Shown here: in pieces, positions 52,054 through 64,000 of the stretch | How positions within the stretch are numbered: the first letter of the stretch is position 1 | How the letters are laid out: each line of letters starts with the position of its first letter | Assembly (NCBI RefSeq): GCF_006345805.1 | Contig: NC_043009.1 | Location: forward strand, 46,624,001 to 46,688,000 | Reading direction: 5' to 3' | From: Octopus sinensis | Taxonomy: Eukaryota | Length of the DNA stretch: 64,000 bases | Made by a program: the position numbers and the translations under genes | The notes under the pieces: model-generated | The model's database searches: none | What the model was told of the DNA's origin: nothing | The model's input: the letters and a program-made list of their open reading frames with translations, nothing else

Positions 52054-53337
52054 CTAGAGTGCAGCGAGATAATGGAAAACTAAACGAAAGAACAACTAAG
52101 GTTGGTGCTGCGATGAAAGTTGACAGGATGGAATAAAATCCAAGCTGTGAATACGTGGGCGATAGCATCACTTCCGTATAGAGCGGGAATTATAAAATAG
52201 CAAAAGAGAGAAATGAAAAAAAATGGATACCAAGAGCAGACAAATGTTAACAGTACACGGAGCTTTCCACACTAAGAGGGACACCGACAAGCTGTACTTG
52301 TCCAGAAGAAATTGTGGGAGAGGTTTGATCAGTTGCCAGGACTGTATCTCAGCAAAGGAAAACAGCCTAGGGTGGTATATAAAAATGCCGTAGAACAACT
52401 GTTAAAACACACGAAGAAGGCTGGCGTCATCAAAACTGAAAATTGAGTAACTAAAGGAAAATTTAAGCAAGAAATGAACAAAAAAAAAAACAGCATGGAA
52501 TGAAAAAATATGCTTTTAGTTTGCAAGAGATGTAAACGCCAAGACGTTGGCTATAGATGAGGTGGAGTGGCCTGAAGAGAGACACAGAAGCACTCATATG
52601 TGCATCTCAGGAACAAGCGTTAAGGACCAATTATATGAAGAGCAGATTCAACGACACTACCGATAGGGACAAATGCAGAATGTGTGATGAGAGGGGTGAA
52701 ACAGTATAGCACATCGTTTACGAATGGCCGAAATTGGCACAACGCGAATAAAAACGACGCCATGATAATGTGGCAAGAATGATCCATTGGGAGTTCTGTG
52801 GAAATCACGGCCTACAAAGAGCAAAGACATGCTATGAACAAACCCTACAAGGAGTCACAGAAAGTGAGAACTGCAAAATCCTGCGGATGAAATGATCCAG
52901 TGCGATCACGTGACCAGATATAGGAGACCGGACATTGATGTGGTGAATAAAAAATAAAGAATATGTATGATTATCGGTGACAATAGGATCAATGTGAAAG
53001 AAGAAGAAAAAGCAAACAACTACGACGATTTAAAGTGGGAAATACGATGGTTGTGGTCAATGAAAAAAGGCAGACGTGATACCAAGAGTAATTGATGCCC
53101 TTGGAAGTATCAGTACTCAACTACCAACAAGGCTGAAAAAGATCGGTGCAAGTGTGAAGGTTGAGCACCTGCAAAAATCAGCATTGCTTGGAACTGCAAG
53201 AATACTTCGCAGGATTCTTGAAGCATGATCAGTAAACAAGTGTCGCTTTAGTATACTGGTTGTGGACAGCTGACACTTTCCATCATGCCCAGCAAAATAT
53301 ACTCTGAGTTTTCATATAATGATAATAATATTAATAA
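52054..53337 (+). mobile_element. R4/Dong-like LINE 3' fragment between (TAA)n tracts
   Basis: LYLSRRNCGRGLISCQDC; EQALRTNY..CRMC; KRRHDNVARMIHWE; RPDIDVV (RLE PD-D motif); LQKSALLGTARILR*. Confidence 0.88.
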
Positions 53338-54934
53338 CTCACGGATGGAATTTTTAAATATTTTGATGCATCGCTACACGCGTTTTCACAAATCAAATGC
53401 CTCTTATGACCGTAGTCTTTATTCCTGGTACGATTACTATACAATCTGTAATATCCATGGATATCATGTTGGTCGTAGATCATGCGTTCATTTTTTCGGG
53501 CGATTTGACATTACAGTTCGAAGTAATTAATGTTTAACAGAAGGTTGGGTATCAATTTTTACCAATCAAAAGAAAGGTTCATTGGGGTATGTAGTCAGTT
53601 TTCTGTGAATTTGGTAAGGAAGGAGAGAAGGTGATGAAAAGAGAGAAAGGATGCTAATGATAAAGGAGAGAGGGAATGTGTAGTGAGACAAGGCTTGTTT
53701 TGATATTTATGTGTGCACATGTTAGGATGGGTAGTACAGGACATTGGTGTGACTTTAGTCACAGCAGGCACTTCCTCAATTAATTCAGATGTTGTTGAGC
53801 CAGGAAGCAAACTTTATTTTGATGTTAAAGTACGTTATCTGTGTTGACAAAAAATGTTCTCTTAAAGGATCCTTTTAATCTCTTCTGGTGGTACGGTGAT
53901 ATAACAGGAAAATTATGGGTGTTTTTGTTTAGTTCGTTTATAGTTTCTTCTCTTTATCAATTAGAAGGTAATGATAGGTAGTGTTTCTCTGTTTCGTAAT
54001 GTTCTGTTCGAATTCTGGGAAGGATGCTTTGATCTTATGTTTGCATGATACAGTTATTTCGGAATGTCTATTAATTATGTTTCGTTTTTGGATTTGGTTT
54101 GCAAGATTCTTTATATGAGTTCGTGTGTTGAAGCATATTCTGTTGTGTCTGAGGAGAGTCATTCTCTTTTAGTGCCTTATTAGTTAACACACTCACCGAT
54201 AAAATTTCCACTTATTTCTTATTTTTATTTCTAAAATAGTCAAGACTATTGAAAAGGTTGCAAGACGCAACGAAAATTTTAGAAAATAAAAATAAGAAAT
54301 AAGTGGAAATTTTACCGGTAAGTGTGTTAAATAATAAGGCACTAAAAGACAATGACTCTCCCCAGACACAACAGAATATTAATTATGTGTTCCCTGGATG
54401 TAATGATCTCTACAGTTTCCTCTACATAAAAGTTACACACCAACGATGTTTTATTGTATGGTCTAGCGTTTTTTTTATTATAGACCAGTTGGTTGTATAC
54501 TCAACTCCATTCCGTTTGAGCCTCCAGTTGTGGTTAGATAATGATGTGCAGTGCCTTTTGTTTTCGTTAAAAAATGACGTAAGATAATTACGCCTACGTT
54601 ATATCAACATAGCTTGCTGCAACCTCATAAAACTGCTGCAAGTTAGTATCATGCAAGGTTTACAAAGAATAATTTCTGGGGTCGATTCCTTCGACTAAAA
54701 CCATTTAAGGCGGTGCTCTAGCATGGCCACAATCAAATGACTAAAACGTGTAAAAGAATAAAAGAATATATATACGTATATATATATATCAATTATTACA
54801 TTCATACACACACACATGCACACGCACACACACACACACACTCACTCATATCGTCCTCATCATCTCATCGTTCAACGCCAGACTTTCATTCATGCATGGG
54901 TTGGATGATTGAAGACTACCCCAGGCTACTATGT

Positions 54935-55135
54935 CTGTTTTGTCAGGGTTTTTAAGGCTGGATGCTCTTCCTAAGGTCAACCACTCCGCAGAGTGGACTC
55001 TGCTTTTTACGAGGCACTAGCACAGGCGAGGTCAGTTTTGGCATGAATTTTACAGCTGAATACCCTTCCAAATACTAACCTTTTTACAGTATGGACTGGT
55101 TGCTTTTTACGTTGCACCAGCACCAGCAGGGTCAC
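54935..55135 (+). repeat. two tandem copies of an RTE-like 3' tail motif
   Basis: ggctggatgctcttcctaaggtcaaccac and cagctgaatacccttccaaatactaacc. Confidence 0.5.
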
Positions 55136-56049
55136 CAAGAAACTTACGAGAAATTTTGAGATGGCGTGTTCATTGGAGGAGGGGACGCTGTGTCAAATGA
55201 TGAAAGGTTACAGTGTGACAGAGAAATAGAGAGCCAAAAAACAAGTGTCTTGCTATAGAGAAGATACGAGTACCTTGCGAGAGAGAGAAACATAGAAGAT
55301 AGAGAGGGAGAAACATTGAGAGAGAGAAGAGAAAGAGAGGGTGTAGAAGATAGGGGGGAAGAACAGAGTGGGAGAAGAAGAGAGAGAGGGGAGAGAGAGA
55401 GGTACAAGAAAGAGGATAGAAACAGGTATGCTGATGAAAGGGAGATACTAGGTAACCTAGCCAGAGAGAAAAGCAAGAGGAGAAAGAGTGATCAAGAATG
55501 AAGACAGAAACAGACATGCTGCTGTAGAAGAGATACATAGCAACCCAGCCAGAGGGAAGAGCTAGGGAAAGAGAGAGAGAGAGAGAGAGAGTGGGAAACA
55601 GTAAAAGTGCAAGAGAGCGCGGGAGAGAGATGGTGGGGAAGTGCCAGGATCTACTCACAAGTAATAAGGATCGGCGCAAAGATGGGATGGTGCAGTAAGG
55701 AAGAGAGAGAGAGAGATAAATGGTGGTAATTGCCAGGGCATGCTCTCAAGATACAAAGGTCATAATATACAGGGTCAGGTTTTGCCCAGAAGGCATGAGT
55801 AGGGAGTAGAGATTAAAGTGACTGCCAAAAACCTGGGTATAAAGATGGTGGAGGGAAGCCTTGATACAGTGAGCAAGGTTGGGAGGGCAGGGAATAGCCG
55901 GGAAACAATCATCGTGTGTGAAGAGTAAATGCGAGGAAGAGAAAGATGCAGTTTAGAAGAGATGTAGTTCGGTTTCTTGGGGTAGGGTATGTGTAAAGAT
56001 TAGTGCTATATGTGGGTGGGGCACAACGTTTCTAGCTCTCAGTATCGCT

Positions 56050-56395
56050 GACATGGACGGGTCTTTAGAACCTCATATCACCAAACATCTCGGTCGATTG
56101 TCATTTCTTCTTTGAGACCTAGCATCCTGAGATTGGTCCTCATCACCTCATCTCACGTCTTCCTGAACTTCCCTCTTCCACAGATACCATCTACTTTCAC
56201 TGACGGGCACTTCTGTATAGAGCTGCCTTACTCATACACATCACATGTCCAAACCAACGCATTCTCCTTTCTTGCATGCTACATTTAAATCCCTCTTGGG
56301 CCTAACTTTTTTCTAAACACAGCTGAACTTTGTTGATCATGCACTCTGATGTTACAAATCTAACGGTGATTACTACCTTCATTCCTCTCCAGTTT
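56050..56395 (-). mobile_element. RTE-type LINE C-terminal relic
   Basis: QERRMRWFGHVMCM..VDGICGRGKFRKT..MTIDRDVW. Confidence 0.75.
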
Positions 56396-57438
56396 GTGTG
56401 TGTGTGTGTGCGTGTTTGTGAGCGCGTGAGTGCATACATATGTGTGTATATATGTTTGTGTGCATCTAAATATGGCCCTGATTAAATAATATACTAATAG
56501 TACGACTTACTTGATTACCTTTGATTTCTGGTTTTGTATTGTTTTTTAATTGCATATTGTGCACGGTTTATTGTAACTGAAAGCTTATGAATGAAAATGC
56601 AGCTACTAAAGCTAACTGAAGGTTATGTAAAACGGTTATAGTATCCTAGTATTATTGCAATATTTGCAATGAAATGTCATCCTAATATGAATGATATTGA
56701 GCATTTACAACACAGCTTTAAATTAATTGTTTATTCATTGTGATTCGCTTCTGTAAATAAATGCCAGGCAACTATCTTCATTTGAAGCTGCGTTTTGAAG
56801 CATAATTGAAACAAAACGTTGATCTCACACATTATCTATTCAAACACGGGCGAAATGTCTTAGTTTCACTTAAAAATTCATTATTTGGTGTCAAAACCTT
56901 CCTCACAATTACGACCTCATCACAGACGTGACTCCACCGCATGAGTCACTTAGCGGCTATTTCTGCGACGAAAATTTCCCTTAAACAATAAATGCTTAAA
57001 TGAAGTTAACAGCGTTTGTATGTTTATCCATGACCAATATGTATCCTTCAGGCTGTAATTGTATGCTTTTTTTATTTATTCAACTTTGCTTGCCGCTATT
57101 CAACTGTAAATTCTGTGTGCGCAATTTGAGACAAACTATTTTATCACCTTAAATTTACACACATCGAAGGTGTATCGGTCACGGTGTTTAACTTATTTAA
57201 TTTTAACCATGAAAATACATAGCGAGATGCTGATTCTCTTCCCAGGTAGCATTGCTGGTATTGTTTCTGTCATCGCAATTTCTCCCTCTCCTTCTTATTC
57301 TTTTTCATAAGACTACACAGAAGGATTGATCGATTGATTGATTCTAGCTCGTCAAATAACCACATAAAATCTACCACCATTTGTGAATCATTGTATAGCA
57401 GAATGCTAACCGCCCGTAATTATTTTCACTGCGTTATG

Positions 57439-57479
<41 letters not shown>

Positions 57480-57574
57480 CATCTAAGGTTATTTATTGTA
57501 AGTGACGCTTGCCCATGTTGTCCCATTTCTATATGTGTGTGTGTGTGTGTGTGTCTGTGTGTATGTGTGTGTGT

Positions 57575-57628
<54 letters not shown>

Positions 57629-57814
57629 GCGTAACATCAGCGCCAAGCAGTGTTTAGGTTAGTTAAAATGTGTTTGTGACATATTTTACTGCTAAAAGGC
57701 AAATTCACTACAGTTACTGTGGAGATAAATTCTACTTTGTAAAAAGGTGTAAAAGTCGGTATCTACACAGCATCACCACATGGCATTCATGTATGCATGT
57801 GAGTATATATATAT

Positions 57815-57990
57815 ATTAGCCACTACACATTCTTTATTTTCTCTCCTTGTTTCTTTCTGTGTTCCTTTCTGTGGAAGAGCGTAGGCTCGAAACGTAAAAA
57901 TACTTTTTCACTTCCCGAGCGTTATACTAATACATCTGTTTGTTGTCTACACCACCTGTCTTCGTCTTTTTTTTGTGAATTCTCCCTATA
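57815..57990 (+). repeat. ~190-bp dispersed repeat with a variant hammerhead-like core, copy 3
   Basis: Motif CTGTGGAAGAGCGTAGGCTCGAAACGTAAAAA within 57865-57900. Confidence 0.85.
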
Positions 57991-58122
57991 TATATATGGA
58001 AAAGAAGTATATTCCTACGCAGGGAAAAATACAGAATTCGTTTTGGGGACTTTTAAATAAATCTATTGAAAATCAACTATACGTTTTTCAGGTGAATTTT
58101 CAACCCACCCAAACAAATTCTC

Positions 58123-58189
<67 letters not shown>

Positions 58190-58207
58190 TACACACACAT
58201 ATTCACA

Positions 58208-58215
58208 CAGATAGA

Positions 58216-58258
<43 letters not shown>

Positions 58259-58320
58259 TCAGACAGACAGACAGTCAGACAAACAGACAGACAGACAGAT
58301 AGATAGATAGATAGATAGAC

Positions 58321-58378
<58 letters not shown>

Positions 58379-58440
58379 TCAGACAGACAGACAGTCAGAC
58401 AGACAGACAGTCAGACAAACAGACAGACAGACAGATAGAC

Positions 58441-58502
<62 letters not shown>

Positions 58503-58556
58503 TCAGACAGACAGACAGTCAGACAGACAGACAGTCAGACAAACAGACAGACAGAC

Positions 58557-58629
<73 letters not shown>

Positions 58630-58712
58630 TATAGATAGATAGATAGACAGACAGACAGTCAGACAGACAGACAGTCAGACAGACAGACAGTCAGACAAAC
58701 AGACAGACAGAC

Positions 58713-58767
<55 letters not shown>

Positions 58768-58790
58768 AGATAGATAGATAGGTAGGTAGG

Positions 58791-58872
<82 letters not shown>
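58208..58872. repeat. compound (AGAT)n/(AGAC)n array
   Basis: Direct sequence. Confidence 0.98.
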
Positions 58873-58873
<1 letters not shown>

Positions 58874-59993
58874 CTTTCTTTTATTAGCCACACAGGGCTG
58901 AATACAGAGGGGACAAATACAAATGCAGAGCTTTTCTTTTCGAGGGTGGAAAAAAATAAAAAATGTAAGATTGCGATCAAAAGGGATCGAGAGGAAAAAA
59001 AAGGAAAAAAAAAGAGAAAATCGTGTATCACAGAAATAATGGTGTAAACATTGATATAACAAGATTGGGTTCATCCGTGGGAAGAAAAGCCTACAGAAAA
59101 GACCACGGGAACCCCAGTCAGGGAGGAAATAAACACATGAGGTCAAAAATGCTCTCTTTCTTTCTTTTTTACGATCTACAGGATCATGCTCAAAATGGTT
59201 TCGTTACTAGCACGCACCATCTTTGCAACATTCACCCATCTTTTTTTGAATCTTTCGCGAGACAAAACTTCCCTCTCCATTCTCACCTTCCTTTTCAAGT
59301 GGTACTTGAAAAAGTTGATGAGCGATTGGCCAGAGAGGTAAGTGTTTGTCTCTAATCCTTTCGCTCGAGTCCACCACACACATTCTTTCACCATGGCCAC
59401 CAGTACGATGAAAACTGCCTTGCCTTCCCGGTTGAGGGAAGGGGGCGGAGCAATTCTCACGATAGACTCGGCCGATAGGCGGATTCGTCCCACACGTGAC
59501 AGCAGCCGTTCGGCATAAGCCCACAGGTCGGAAATGGTTGGACATTGCACGAGTGCGTGCAGAACGGTTTCGTCGCTCTGACCGCATCTCGGGCAAGTCG
59601 GTCCAGTGTGTCTGGAACCGTGTCTGTAGAGCTTATCCCGAACAGGTAATGCTTCTCGATAGCACTGCCAGGCCAGGGATCTTTGGTGATTGTTCATAGG
59701 TCCCGCCCGAAAGTTGTCCTGAACAGGCGGGTCAGGTGTTCCTCGTCGACGCCCAGACTCTGCCCGAGTTCGTCGTCGCACCTCCCCTCCACTAATCCTC
59801 TATAGAATGCCTTTGTTGTGATGGAGTCGCACAAGTTCGATCCCGGACGGCAGAGTTGCTTGAGAGCAACGCGACACTCGCGGTGCCATTCGCCTAGCCT
59901 CGGTCTCTGCTTGATCCATGACTGTAGTTCGTCCAAGGAGACGAGCTGCGGGAAAGCGCGCCGCACAAAAGGCGACCACCCCTGTTCACCGTT

Positions 59994-59994
<1 letters not shown>
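58873..59994 (-). mobile_element. 5'-truncated L1/Tx1-type LINE (ORF2 C-terminus plus 3' UTR) inside (GATA)n
   Basis: ALPVRDKL...CPRCGQSDETVLHALVQC is an L1-type C-terminal Zn domain; stop at 59176; AATAAA near the 3' end; AGAT repeats on both sides. Confidence 0.9.
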
Positions 59995-60067
<73 letters not shown>

Positions 60068-61233
60068 GTACATGTAGTCAGAGGAAGGCTTTCAGTCCGA
60101 AATATCGAAGTCATTGTCAGCCTCTTGTGTATATTGGCATAGCTTTCATGTGTTTCTCTGTGTGTGTGCATGCGAGTGTGTGTGCATGAGCGTGTGTGCG
60201 TATGTGTGCGCGCGTGTGTCATTAAGTGCTTTACACTAAACCAGTTGGTCAACTGGAGAAAACAATTTGTCAAAGGTTGTTGCGATTTTCCTTTTTGCTC
60301 CGTGTAAAGAAAAGGCAAATTTAATTTTTTTTTTTTTTATTTAAATATAACTGCAATTTGTTGTTACCGTACTGGTGCATTTAATCAATTTTGAAAAACG
60401 TGTTCCTTCGTAATAGAATTTATTTTAACTTCAATGCTCTAACGACGAAAAGTTTCAAACGTCTGCAAATATTTTGTGCTGTCCTAATAACAGCTGCCTT
60501 TTTATTACTTGTTTACTGGACAACATCGTGATTTATACCTATTTACATTTCTCATAAAGTTTAAGATCCATATTTTCTCTGTTTATGCATTTAGATACAT
60601 TACAAATGTTACACTAAGCTCATGAAAGGTGTTCCCTTATAATTGATTTGTTAATATCAACATTTCTCTCTAAATCTGAATTTTAACTAGAAATGCTTAT
60701 TATGACGAACACCCAATGTTCGGACAGACCTGTGATTACTCTGCATTTATTCATTTATTAATCGTGTGATGAGGAACTGACTTTGTCTTGTATTTCCCAT
60801 GAACAAATATACATACATATATAAATTCATATGTATATGTGTATATATTCTTTTTTTTTAATTGTGTCATCATTGGACTGTGGCCTTGCCGGAGCATATA
60901 TAGCGCGATTTAAATTGCACAACATATAAATGGCATTTAGAAATTTGCGAACAACCTCATTCAACCAAAGGAAAACATTGCGAACAGAACTAATATACTA
61001 CAATTCACTTTTACTTTCATTGGTCTCCATTTTTAGCAGGATCAGAGACCAAACACAAAAAACAAAACTGGAGACTTAGTCCATAAAAAAATTTCTACGT
61101 CATCTTATATGTGCTTCTGAGGGGGTCAGATACTGCAATTCGAGACGGTCAGATACTGCAATTCGAGACGAGTAAGATTTCTAATTTTTCACTTCCTCTT
61201 TTATTCGTACATTTAATCAACCTAACTTTCATT

Positions 61234-61330
<97 letters not shown>

Positions 61331-61364
61331 CCTTTCTCTGTATGTATATATATATATATATATA

Positions 61365-62330
61365 CGTTTCTCACGTATGCGGGTTTGGCTCTGGTGGGCA
61401 AGGCTGGTTGGTAGGGGACGAAAAGTTTTCTATTAGCGGCTTTTCTACAGAATTTGGTATATATGAAGCCTTCCACTGTGATTTTGAGTTGGAAGTCGAA
61501 TAGAGAGAGGGTTCCGGATTCATCTGGATGTTCAATCCCGAATCTAATGTTTATATCGCTATTATTGAGCCAAAGACGCATACGTAAGAAACAAGATTGC
61601 ACGTATAAACAACAATTGCAGCAACATGACCGACAAAGCCGTATACAGCAAACAGTTCCTCAGAGATCTAACCCTGAATGGCTACCCACCATCTTTAGCT
61701 AAACATCGGCGCCTGAAGAACATCAAGGTCAGTAAACCCCGGAAGAATCAGCTTACTCCCAAGTCTGGCACGTGCCTCCTAAAGCTACCACCCTTTGACG
61801 ACAGAACTACTGCAGCAATACAACACGCAGTCCGCAGGGAGGGACTCGACATACAAATAATGCACACCGGCCATTCCCTGATAAAAGCTCTGTCCAGGAA
61901 CAACACTGCTCACTACTCTGAGGAGTGTACATTCTCGAAATTCCCCATCAATGATCCTGAATTGTGCCAGAGAGCCTATGTCGTATATGAGACCACCTGT
62001 GGAAAATGTGGCGCATCCTACATCCGAAGCACAAGAAAACTGCATGTACACATTAAGGAACACATCTACAGAAATGCCAGACTCGGGAGTTCATAGTGCA
62101 CGTCAAGGCAACGCAGCGGAACAGGGTCAACCTTAGAATCTCTGAGGTTATCCTCATACACCGAAAGAAAACCAAAATCCATAATAGACAGGAGTTACAG
62201 GAAGCTAGCTGGTTGCTGTAGCAACACTCTTCTGCGCATGTTCACTCTACATACACTTACACACACGTACATCAGCAACATTCTTCAGTTTCTTGAAAAT
62301 GGAGTCATAACCCTGAAATATTAAATACAA
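61365..62330 (+). mobile_element. Penelope-like 3' fragment with an inverted 5' segment
   Basis: Minus strand 61365-61566: IRFGIEHP..LSLFDF..FCRKAAN. Plus strand 61567-62100: LNGYP..VVYETTCGKCGASYIRST.RKLHVHIKEH (GIY-YIG-like). Confidence 0.85.
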
Positions 62331-62473
62331 GGTAAGTACATTAATTCACATATTTGTTTTCTTGTGATTTACCTTGCATTTCCTTTGCATTGTTTTGGCC
62401 CCGATCTTTTATACAATATATTCTACACAATGCTTCACAGTAATTATTTCATACATACATATATATATATATA

Positions 62474-63939
62474 TGGTGGTTTTCTACTCCTTATGCAGAG
62501 TTTGACCACCTCCTGTACTTACACCTTAGTACCATCATGGCATCTGATGTGGCTTTTTAAACCAGACAATGTTCTGAAAAGACACCCACACAGATTACAC
62601 ATCCGATTTGGACCACCAAGTGATGCAGATAAGTTCTGGTCTTTGTGGATCTTAAAATGTCTTTTGAGGTCTCCGTTAGATTTGCAAACCTTCTGGCACA
62701 CACTGCATTCAAAGGTGTGCACAGACATATAGGCATAATAGTTGGTGGAGGTTCGTTTTCCATAGGTTCACAGAGGAGATTTGAGCCCAGCAAAAGACAG
62801 GTATGGTTCATCACAGACTGTGTACACAAAAAGGTCATTATCATTCACCTTCTCGATCGTTACATTCTTCCTTAGATCTCTTTTGAGTCTTACTTGCGTA
62901 ATCCTGGTCTCTTCAAATGCTTTCACTCCACTCCACACTTTTGTTCGCCATCCAACTCGATCCGAATGAAGGGTTTCTATGTCTTCTGGATCCATGCCAA
63001 GTTACTTCATAGTAGTCCTTATGCCGTCCTTAAACTTTTTTTTTTAGGTTTATGCCGATAGCGTTTCCCCTCTGCAAGCTCACCATAAAACAGCAATTTC
63101 GGCATGCGTTCATCTGCCATCGAACAATATGGCCACACCATCTCATTTCGTTCCTCAAAATCATAGATTTAATTGAGATGATGCCTGCAGATGCAAGGAC
63201 ATCTGTGTTTGGAGTAAAAGAACTCCATTTAATTTTTAAAATGCGATGAAGGCATTTTTGGTGGAATTGTTCTAAATTTAAAATGCCTTTCATAACAAGT
63301 TCATGTTTCACAAGAATACAACAGGGATGGTAAGACAAATGATTTGTAAAGAGCCAGCTTTGTATTCTTATTTATATGTCACTGGCACCAAACGCGTGAC
63401 TCCAAGCCGCCAAATGCTTTTGCTGCCCTTTGCATTCGCAGCTGTATTCCTGTATCAAGATTTCCATCATTTTGTACAGAGCTTCCAAGGTAGATGAATG
63501 AATCGACAACCTCAAGTAACTTACCTTTAACAAAACTTTTAGTGGGGTAACAAACAAAGTTTTGTTAAAGGTTGATGCAGGTTGATGCATTACAAATGCT
63601 TTTTTTCAAGTTGATGGTCAAGCCAAAATCATCACAAGCCGAGTCAAATGCAGATACAAGAGATTGCAGATCTGTTTCAGAATGACTGACAAGATCGCAA
63701 TCGCAAGCATTACAAAGTTCCCTAATGAGTGAAGTAAAAACCTTCGCTTTGAATTTCAGTCTGGTCAGATTAAAGGCATTCCCTGTTGTTCAGAGTTTTG
63801 AAAAGCATGTGACAACACAGCAGCAAAGTGTATTGCAAACAGGGTGAGTGCATCAAGGTTTCCTTGCTTTATTCCATTTTCCACGGAAAAAGATTCAGAG
63901 AGCCTGCCACCAAAGTTAACTCTAGCTTTCATGTCTTTT

Positions 63940-63942
<3 letters not shown>
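62474..63942 (-). mobile_element. 5'-truncated RTE-clade LINE with three C-terminal C2H2 zinc fingers (one degenerate)
   Basis: SESFSVENGIKQG; GLTINLKK; EMRWCGHIVR..RMPKLLFYGEL; CSVCQKVCKSNGDLKRHFKIH; CNLCGCLFRTLSGLKSHIRCH. (TA)n on both flanks. Confidence 0.9.
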
Positions 63943-63976
<34 letters not shown>

Positions 63977-64000
63977 CGAATTCAAAGCAGCTCTAGAGTA

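Noticed and set aside
55144-55679. 110-169 aa ORFs in a GA-rich tract
   Set aside because: Low-complexity purine strand with no recognisable motif.
62519-62728. Host C2H2 zinc-finger gene
   Set aside because: Colinear with, and directly downstream of, the RTE RT; no TGEKP linkers; bounded by the LINE's 3' end.

Overview
Eukaryotic, AT-rich, very microsatellite-dense window. The SINE and repeat families look like an octopod cephalopod, which is my recognition and not a database result. I could support no host protein-coding gene; nearly every non-microsatellite ORF is a transposon relic. Contents: an L1/Tx1-type LINE that is almost intact (1-~3990, minus, runs off the window) plus a 3' fragment of a similar LINE inside a (GATA)n array; CR1, RTE (one with three C2H2 fingers), R4/Dong-like and Penelope-like relics; a Helitron and a Ty3/Gypsy relic; many mariner derivatives; tRNA-head SINEs; a 5S rRNA-derived copy; and a 100-N gap. 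The most interesting signals: (1) a near-identical 599-bp x2.75 tandem array in which each unit carries a minimal type I hammerhead ribozyme with a palindromic stem III (retrozyme or Penelope pLTR-like); (2) several other hammerhead motifs, including a recurrent non-canonical CUGUNGA-A core that varies at the N7 position; (3) a Tx1-like LINE apparently inserted in (GATA)n microsatellites, whose last ~43 nt match the 3' tail of a tRNA SINE in the same window (candidate SINE-LINE pair). All alignments and RNA folds were done by eye.
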